From Abditibacterium sp. (GTDB taxonomy: Bacteria > Armatimonadota > Abditibacteriia > Abditibacteriales > Abditibacteriaceae): DNA of 64,000 nucleotides. The position numbers and the translations under genes are program-made. Below are positions 57,410 through 64,000 of this stretch, piece after piece. The notes under the pieces were generated by a model that saw only the letters and a list, made by a program, of their open reading frames with translations, had not been told where the DNA came from and did not search any database. Where the stretch lies: the NCBI GenBank assembly GCA_965199495.1, contig CBDASK010000003.1:4032001-4096000 (forward strand). Direction: 5' to 3'. Within the stretch, counting starts at the first letter, position 1, and each line of letters opens with the position of its first letter.

Positions 57410-58102
57410 TCAAAACGTTTTCGCCCGCCGTTTCTTCCAGCGAAACAGTTGCGCTGGCCGGTGCGCACCTCCCGAATATTTGTCTGTCGCTTCGACTAAG
57501 CCGAGCGCTAAAACGCGTTTGCGGAAATTACGTTTATCCAAAGCGCGTCCCAGAATAATTTCGTAGACGCGTTGCAACTCGCTCAATCGAAATCGCGCGG
57601 GCAATAAGCCGTAAGCGACGTTGGAATATTCGATTTTCGCTTTCAATCGTTCGATGCCGATTTCGACGATTTCGTTGTGATCGAAAGCCAACGCGGGCAA
57701 TTCGTCAACCGCAAACCACGAGGCATCGGACGCATCGGTGTCGGCGCGCAAAGTCAGATGTTCGCCGGGCACGAGCGCGAAATAAACGATGGTAATGACG
57801 CGCGTTCGCGGATCGCGATTGGGCTGCCCGAACGTGTAAAGCTGCTCCAAAAACACATCGCGCACGCCGGTTTCCTCCTCGATTTCGCGGCGCGCGGCCT
57901 CTTCCAATTCTTCGTCCATGCGCACAAAGCCACCGGGAATCGCCCAGCGATTTTTGAACGGTTCGATGCCACGCTTGATTAAAGCCAATTGCAACTTCCC
58001 TTCGCGAATCGTGAACAGCAAGGCATCCACCGTCACGGCGGGCCGCGCGTAACCTTCGATGCTGTCGGCATTTGGCGTGGCGCTTGGTTGACTTTGTGTC
58101 AT
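57410..58102 (-). CDS. nrtR: NrtR family regulator (NUDIX plus winged helix)
   Basis: WAIPGGFV---E-LEEAARREIEEETG Nudix box, EQLYTFG---RDPR, LAFDH, LDKRNFRK, HRPAQL. Confidence 0.93.
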   Translation of the reverse strand: MTQSQPSATPNADSIEGYARPAVTVDALLFTIREGKLQLALIKRGIEPFKNRWAIPGGFVRMDEELEEAARREIEEETGVRDVFLEQLYTFGQPNRDPRTRVITIVYFALVPGEHLTLRADTDASDASWFAVDELPALAFDHNEIVEIGIERLKAKIEYSNVAYGLLPARFRLSELQRVYEIILGRALDKRNFRKRVLALGLVEATDKYSGGAHRPAQLFRWKKRRAKTF

Positions 58103-58113
58103 ATCTACACTAA
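58096..58113. promoter_or_regulatory. NrtR-type operator 1
   Basis: GTGT-CATATCT-ACAC-TAA covering the nrtR start codon. Confidence 0.78.
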
Positions 58114-58142
58114 ATCTTAATGGATTGATTCGACTTGTGCAA
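58114..58142 (-). promoter_or_regulatory. sigma70-type promoter of the nrtR operon
   Basis: TTGCAC-N17-TAAGAT on the minus strand. Confidence 0.7.
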
Positions 58143-58356
58143 GAGGGGAGGCGATAAATTTCGCCTCAACGCGAGTTTTCGGGTGTCGAACGGCTGTTTT
58201 CTTCGGCAAATGCCAAATACCGGTAAAATATATTTGTCAGAAATCAGAAAGAAACGGCATCGGAAAATCGCGGTTCTTGCTTGTCTTGCTTGAGGCATTT
58301 CATCGAAACCGGAAATTGGCTCTGTTTATGCCTTTCCCGTTTGTCGAACAAATCAC

Positions 58357-60318
58357 ATGAATAATTTGAGTTACGCCGCTTTGTGCGGTCTTTTGGTAGC
58401 GGGCTTCGCGATTCGGGCGCCGCAGGCGCGCGCGTTAAATGGCGAGAGTGCGCCCGCAGGTGCGCCCACAACCGCGACAGGTTCGACGGCAAAGTTTTCC
58501 GTGCCGGTTGATTTCTTCGAGGATGGCGTGGGGGCATGGACGCGCAACGATAAAACCAAGTCGGGTTTATCGGATATTGTGACGACGGCTCCGGGCGCGA
58601 CGGCGACTTCCAAAACGGCGGCGCGCCTGAGTTTTAAAAGCGCGACCGCTTCGTGGGCGAGCATTTCTCGTCCCGTGGATGGCACGAGTTGGGCGCGCAT
58701 CGGCGCGCGCGAGTTGGTGTTTTCGCTCAACGGCAGCGGCGATACCAAAGGCGTGGATTTGCAGTTGCGCGCCAAAATCGGCGATAGCGATACGGTTTAT
58801 TCGTTGCCGTTGCCAGTCAAAATCAACAACACCAAATGGCGCACCGTTGTTGTGCCACTCGCCGAATTCAAAAATGCCAAAGGCGAGCCGGTGACCGAGC
58901 AACTGGACAACGTTTATCTGTTGCAATTCGCGCAGAGCGGCGATTGGAGTTCGCGTTTTTTCGATATAGACGATATGCTGGTGCGCGGCAACGGCGTGCC
59001 GATTGCGCCCAAGGCGGCGCCCATCGCCGGGACAACGGCTCCTGACACTTCGACGGCACCAAGTGCGCCCGCTTTGCCGACGGGCGCCGTTGCGGTCAAC
59101 GTGGATTTCAAACGCGTCGCGGGCACGATTCGCGCTTCGGCCAACGTTGCGGTGATGGCACCTTACGAGGCGACCAACACGCAATCGCTGGAATTGTCGC
59201 AGGCCTATCGCGAGGCGCTGGCGACGCTCAGCCCCAAGTTCGTGCGACTCGACGTGGCTGCTCTGGCCGACCTGACCGATTCATCGCGTCCGGCCTTCAA
59301 CTTTACGCGTTTGGTGAGCGCGGTCAAGCGCGCCCGCGCCGTGGGCGCCGAGCCGCTCATCGCGATCACCAATCCCAACGAGTGGGGTTTGGACGCCAAA
59401 GGTTACGGCGTGTTGGCGGCTTCGGCGGCCCGCGCGCTCAATCCGCAGGGTGGTGCTCTGGCGCGCTATTTCGAGATGGCGATTTGGAGCAACGATGTCA
59501 AAGCCAGCGACGCCGTGGCGTTTTACAATGCGGGTTATAGCGGCGTGAAAGGCGTCAGCGCTCGGCTCATCGTGGGCGGCTACGGCGCTCCGGCGGGTGA
59601 CGTGGCCAGCCAAAAGGCGATTTTGGGCGGCGCCAAAGGTTTGGATTTTCTGTCGAGCCGTTACTATTCCGCCAATAGCGGCACGCCCAGCGACAGCGCG
59701 TTACTGGCCGATGCGCGCACCGTGACCGATTTGAAGACCGCCGCCGGCCTGCTCGACAGAAGCCGCTTCAAGCGCGCGCCGCTTTATGTGACGAGCGCCA
59801 ATCTGTCCAACGCGCGCAATGCGGGCGATTTCGTGCCCTCGGACAATCGTCTGATCGGCCCGTTGGCGGGCGCGTGGTGGGCGCAGTTCATGGGTTCGGG
59901 TTCAAGATTGGCCGATCAGATTTTTCATAACGACGCGACCAATCCCGAATGGGGACTTTTGCTGGTAGACAGCAAAGCTCAGGCATTTCCCGCCTATTAC
60001 TCGATGTATCTGTGGAATACCTACATGGGCGGCGGCACGCAACGCGTGGTGGCCGATAGCGCCAACGACGCGGTTTACGCGGCGGCGACCAATACCAAAA
60101 CCGCGCACAACTTGCTTTTGGTCAATACGACAGCTCTGCCGCAGGTCGCGCAGGTCGGCATTCGCGGATTCCCGACGCTTCGTCAGGTGCGCATGCACAC
60201 CAACGACGATCCCAAAGCGGGCATCCGCACGGTGAAACTGCCCAATAGCCCGTTTCAGACGTTGCGATTGTTGCCGTATAGCGTCAACGTTGTGCAGTTC
60301 ATCGAACCACCGAAATAA
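58357..60318 (+). CDS. secreted protein with carbohydrate-binding-like N-terminal domain and glycoside hydrolase-like barrel
   Basis: signal peptide ending QARA; WRTVVVPLAEF and FDIDD (CBM11/CIA30-like); LLLVN and LLPYSV C-terminal GH-associated motifs. Confidence 0.6.
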   Translation: MNNLSYAALCGLLVAGFAIRAPQARALNGESAPAGAPTTATGSTAKFSVPVDFFEDGVGAWTRNDKTKSGLSDIVTTAPGATATSKTAARLSFKSATASWASISRPVDGTSWARIGARELVFSLNGSGDTKGVDLQLRAKIGDSDTVYSLPLPVKINNTKWRTVVVPLAEFKNAKGEPVTEQLDNVYLLQFAQSGDWSSRFFDIDDMLVRGNGVPIAPKAAPIAGTTAPDTSTAPSAPALPTGAVAVNVDFKRVAGTIRASANVAVMAPYEATNTQSLELSQAYREALATLSPKFVRLDVAALADLTDSSRPAFNFTRLVSAVKRARAVGAEPLIAITNPNEWGLDAKGYGVLAASAARALNPQGGALARYFEMAIWSNDVKASDAVAFYNAGYSGVKGVSARLIVGGYGAPAGDVASQKAILGGAKGLDFLSSRYYSANSGTPSDSALLADARTVTDLKTAAGLLDRSRFKRAPLYVTSANLSNARNAGDFVPSDNRLIGPLAGAWWAQFMGSGSRLADQIFHNDATNPEWGLLLVDSKAQAFPAYYSMYLWNTYMGGGTQRVVADSANDAVYAAATNTKTAHNLLLVNTTALPQVAQVGIRGFPTLRQVRMHTNDDPKAGIRTVKLPNSPFQTLRLLPYSVNVVQFIEPPK

Positions 60319-60341
60319 AAACGTTGGAAGTTGAAACAGAA

Positions 60342-60377
60342 AAAGGCGCGGACATTAATTTTGATGTCCGCGCCTTT
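60342..60377 (+). terminator. intrinsic terminator
   Basis: AAAGGCGCGGACAT-N8-ATGTCCGCGCCTTT. Confidence 0.8.
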
Positions 60378-60447
60378 CCATTTCTGACGCCCAAAATTTG
60401 ACTGCTAATGTCTAAATTCCAACTTCTACTTCTCCCCGCAATTCCCC

Positions 60448-60476
60448 TTGTATTATAAGGAGGGATATGGTATAAT
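60448..60476 (+). promoter_or_regulatory. sigma70 promoter of gyrB
   Basis: TTGTAT-N17-TATAAT with extended TGn -10. Confidence 0.75.
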
Positions 60477-60591
60477 TTATTTCAGTGAAAGCGCGCCGAA
60501 GTTGGGATTTAATGGTTCCCGCGACGCGCTTTTTTGCTGTGCGCTTGAAGACTGAAAAAATCTTGGAAGGGCACTCAAAGGATCACTTTAT

Positions 60592-63500
60592 ATGGCAGAA
60601 ACTCAAACTCCCCCTGTGGATGAAAAAGTCGGCGGCAATTATACCGCCGAGAATATCACCTGGCTCGAAGGTCTCGAAGCCGTGCGTCACCGCCCCGGAA
60701 TGTATATCGGTTCGACCGATCAAAAAGGCATTTTCGTCCTATGCCGCGAAGTCCTCGATAACTCGACCGACGAAGCGATGGGTGGCCACGCCGATACCGT
60801 CACCGTGCGCCTGATGCCCGATAACGTGGTTTCGGTCGAAGACAATGGACGTGGCATTCCGGTTGACATCCACCCTAAAACCGGGCGCAGTGCGCTCGAA
60901 TTGGTGATGACCGAATTGCACGCGGGCGGAAAATTCGACGCCGACAATTATAAAGTTGCGGCGGGTCTGCACGGCGTGGGCGTTTCGGTCGTCAATGCGC
61001 TCTCGGATTTTACCGAAGTTTTGGTTGACCGTTCGGGCAAAAAGTGGAAGCAACGCTACGAAAAGGGCGTGCCGATTGGCGAAGTCGAAGCGATTGGCAA
61101 CGCCGACGGAACTGGCACGACGGTGACTTACAAGGCCGACGCCTCGATTTTCCCGTCGATTGATTTGGATGTCGAAACCGTCGTCAAGCGTTTGCGCGAA
61201 TTGTCGTATTTGGTGCCGACCTGCCAGTTCATTTTGGAGAACTATCGCGTCGAGCCGCCAAAAATCGAAGTGTTTCAGAATAAAGGCGGTTTGGCTTCGT
61301 TTTGCGAGCATTTGAACCGCAACAAAACCGTCGTCAACACCAAGGCGATTCGTTTCGAGGGCAAGCGCGAAGACGAGACCGGCAAAAAGTCCATCGAAGT
61401 CGAAGTCGCCATTCAATACAACGAGGGTTATCACGACACGATTATCGCGTTTGGCAATTCGATTCATAACATTCACGGCGGTTTGCACGAGTCGGGCTTC
61501 AAAACTGGCCTGACGCGCGCGATCAACTCTTACGCGCGCAAGAAGAACATTCTCAAAGAAAAAGACGAGCGTCTCGAAGGCGAAGATGTGCGCGAAGGTT
61601 TGGCGGCGGTCGTTTCGATCAAAGTTTCCGACCCGATTTTCAACGGTCAGGCCAAAGAGCGTCTCAACGGGCCGAGTTTCATTGATGGAGCGGTCAACTC
61701 GCTGGTCGGCGAAGGTTTGGCCGAGTATTTCGAGGAAAACCCGCGCATCGCCGAAAAGATCGTCGCCAAGTGCATCACCGCCAAACAGGCGCGCGACGCG
61801 GCTAAGAAAGCGTCGGAATTGGTCAAGCGCAAAAGCGCTTTGGAAAGCGATAGTTTGCCGGGCAAACTGGCCGACTGCAGCGAAAAAGACCCGCGCAAAT
61901 GCGAAATATTTCTGGTCGAGGGCGATTCGGCCGGGGGCTGTTTTTCGGGCGATACCCAAGTGGCTCTGGCCGATGGGCGCAATTTGTCGTTCCGCGATTT
62001 GGTCGCCGAACAAGCGCGTGGCATTGAGCATTTTTGCTATACGATTCGGCGCGACGGCAAAATCGGTTTGGAGCGCGCGCTTCATGCGCGCGTAACCAAA
62101 CGCGACGCGGCGGTTGTCACGGTGACTTTGGATAACGGCGAGCGTATCGTTTGCACGCCCAATCATAAGTTCATGTTGCGCGACGGCTCGTATTGCGAAG
62201 CCGCGCAGTTGAAAGCGGATGATTCGTTGATGCCGCTTTATCGTAAGTTGTCGGATGTGAGCGAAAAGAGCATCACAATTGGTGGTTACGAGATGGCGAT
62301 GGATCCGAAGTCGGGCACATGGTTATTTACGCACGTTTTGGCCGATTGGTGGAATCGCTGGCAGGGCGTTTACAGTCGCGAAAGCGGTGAGCATTGTCAT
62401 CACGTTGACTTCAATAAGCGCAACAACAATCCGACGAATATCGAGCGATTGTCCGCCGATGAGCATTTGGCGTTACATCGCGCGCACGTTGGGCGCACTT
62501 TGCATCGGCCCGATGTTATCGAGAAATGTCGTCAGATTCGCCAAAGCGACGAGTTTCGGCGCGCGATGAGCGCGCGAATGCAAGAGCCGGAGACGCGCGA
62601 ACTTCTGTCGAAGCAGGCGAAGGAGCAATGGAAAGACGAAGATTACCGCGCGTTTATGCTGGCTAAATGGCGCGAGTTTTACGATAACAACGTCGAATAC
62701 CGCGCGCTCAATGCCGATCAGTTGGATGCGGCTCAACGCGAATTTTGGAGTAGCGAAGAGAATCGTGCCGCGCAATCTGAGCGGACGCGCGAGTTCTTTG
62801 CCGCGCATCCCGAAGCGCGCGAAGTTCTGCGCGTTGCGGCGAACGAGCAGTGGGACGACGCCGAGTTGCGTTCTTGGCGCGCCGAAAAGACGAAATCGCA
62901 GTGGACGCCAGAGTTTCGCGCGAGCCGCACGGCGGCTTTGAAAGCGACTTATCTGCGCAAATCGTTGCGCGCGTTGCGCGATTGCGCGGGCGACATCGAA
63001 ACTTACGAAGCGAATCGTCGCGCCAATCGCGACAAATCGGTTTTGCGTTTCGATTCGTTGTGTGAGCGTTATTTCGGCGGCCAAAAAGAGGGCGCTCTTG
63101 AAGCGGCGGCTTCTTTTAATCATCGCGTCGTTTGCGTCGAAACGCTCGAAGAAACTTTGGACGTTTATGACATCGAAGTTCCCGGCACGCACAACTTCGC
63201 GTTGGCTTCGGGTGTGTTCGTTCACAACAGTGCCAAGCAGGGACGCGACCGTTCGTTTCAGGCGATTCTGCCCCTGCGCGGTAAAATTATCAACGTCGAG
63301 AAGAATCGGTTGGACAAAATTCTGGGCAACGAAGAAGTGCGCGCGATGATTACGGCCTTTGGCACCGGCATCGCCGACCGCATTGATTACGACGACATCG
63401 CCGATCAACTCGAAGACGGCCAGCTCGAATTCGATGAAGACGGCAACGCGCTGGAACCGATTGACGGCGACGATGAGAATTCGGACGGCGATAGCAGCCA

Positions 63501-64000
63501 CGCCGTCAGCGAGTTGGAATTGGAACTCGATGGCGCTGCCGATTTAAACACCGATGGCTCCAACGCGGCCAACGCCAAAAACAACGTGGACGCGACCCAG
63601 GTCAAGATGCGCCGCGCGCGTGGTGGCCGCGTGGACTCGGCGTTCGATATGTCGCGATTGCGCTACGACCGCATTATCATCATGTGTGACGCGGACGTTG
63701 ACGGTTCGCACATCCGCACGCTTTTGCTGACCTTCCTGTTTCGCTACATGCGACCTTTGGTCGAAACCGGTCATATCTATATCGCCAAGCCGCCGTTGTA
63801 TTCGATTCGGCGCGGCAAGAAGTTGGAATACGCCTACACCGACGCCGAGCGCGACCGCATGGTCAAGGGCACGCGCGCCGATGTCGGGCGCTACAAAGGT
63901 TTGGGCGAGATGAACCCCGAAGAGTTGTGGGAAACCACGATGTTGCCGTCGAATCGCTTGCTGATTCAAGTGACGATGGATGACGCCGCCGCCGCCGATC
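60592..64000 (+). CDS. gyrB: DNA gyrase subunit B (intein-containing; runs off the window end)
   Basis: absent from the ORF track; manual translation gives LEGLEAVRHRPGMYIG, DNGRGIP, LHAGGKF, GLHGVGVSVVNALS, EGDSAGG, PLRGK, DADVDGSHI, YKGLGEM. Confidence 0.97.
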   Translation, partial: MAETQTPPVDEKVGGNYTAENITWLEGLEAVRHRPGMYIGSTDQKGIFVLCREVLDNSTDEAMGGHADTVTVRLMPDNVVSVEDNGRGIPVDIHPKTGRSALELVMTELHAGGKFDADNYKVAAGLHGVGVSVVNALSDFTEVLVDRSGKKWKQRYEKGVPIGEVEAIGNADGTGTTVTYKADASIFPSIDLDVETVVKRLRELSYLVPTCQFILENYRVEPPKIEVFQNKGGLASFCEHLNRNKTVVNTKAIRFEGKREDETGKKSIEVEVAIQYNEGYHDTIIAFGNSIHNIHGGLHESGFKTGLTRAINSYARKKNILKEKDERLEGEDVREGLAAVVSIKVSDPIFNGQAKERLNGPSFIDGAVNSLVGEGLAEYFEENPRIAEKIVAKCITAKQARDAAKKASELVKRKSALESDSLPGKLADCSEKDPRKCEIFLVEGDSAGGCFSGDTQVALADGRNLSFRDLVAEQARGIEHFCYTIRRDGKIGLERALHARVTKRDAAVVTVTLDNGERIVCTPNHKFMLRDGSYCEAAQLKADDSLMPLYRKLSDVSEKSITIGGYEMAMDPKSGTWLFTHVLADWWNRWQGVYSRESGEHCHHVDFNKRNNNPTNIERLSADEHLALHRAHVGRTLHRPDVIEKCRQIRQSDEFRRAMSARMQEPETRELLSKQAKEQWKDEDYRAFMLAKWREFYDNNVEYRALNADQLDAAQREFWSSEENRAAQSERTREFFAAHPEAREVLRVAANEQWDDAELRSWRAEKTKSQWTPEFRASRTAALKATYLRKSLRALRDCAGDIETYEANRRANRDKSVLRFDSLCERYFGGQKEGALEAAASFNHRVVCVETLEETLDVYDIEVPGTHNFALASGVFVHNSAKQGRDRSFQAILPLRGKIINVEKNRLDKILGNEEVRAMITAFGTGIADRIDYDDIADQLEDGQLEFDEDGNALEPIDGDDENSDGDSSHAVSELELELDGAADLNTDGSNAANAKNNVDATQVKMRRARGGRVDSAFDMSRLRYDRIIIMCDADVDGSHIRTLLLTFLFRYMRPLVETGHIYIAKPPLYSIRRGKKLEYAYTDAERDRMVKGTRADVGRYKGLGEMNPEELWETTMLPSNRLLIQVTMDDAAAAD
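61939..63228 (+). mobile_element. intein with HNH homing endonuclease (430 aa)
   Basis: EGDSAGG/CFSGDT... to ...VYDIEVPGTHNFALASGVFVHN/SAKQ; block B CTPNHKF; HNH motif HCHHVDFNKRNNNPTNI. Confidence 0.97.

Noticed and set aside
60739..63969. Long minus-strand ORFs (475, 342, 141 aa) in the track
   Set aside because: Antisense shadows of gyrB, which the track omits because it has no stop inside the window.
1..64000. Abundant GCGCGC/CGCGCG hexamers as a HIP1-like signal
   Set aside because: Plausibly explained by Ala/Arg codon preference (GCG, CGC); cannot be separated from codon bias without computation.

Overview
Bacterial chromosomal window, GC-rich (roughly high-50s % by eye) and densely coding. 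The gene content and style suggest Abditibacteriota/Armatimonadota (inference). Housekeeping genes: topA, dprA, yceD-rpmF-plsX, folC, rsgA, and gyrB carrying a 430-aa HNH intein. Accessory loci: a giant peptidase-like/FtsX protein paired with an OPT-like transporter, a CzcCBA-type efflux operon behind a CxxC/RAPP leader peptide, three tRNA-like genes with over-long acceptor stems leading an SDR-LRR operon, an ECF sigma triad, a BlaI/BlaR1(M56) locus with a truncated duplicate, and an NrtR-controlled ADP-ribose operon (NADAR, macro, SPFH, PARG-like, NAD kinase-like) followed by Mrr and an ATP-dependent ligase. At least five families of palindromic intergenic repeats are present. The most unusual signal is a non-palindromic motif, CGVCGTGGCTGCW, whose 9-bp core occurs at least 30 times on both strands and in five reading frames, like a DNA uptake sequence. 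No CRISPR array, prophage or transposase was seen. All calls come from manual reading without database searches.
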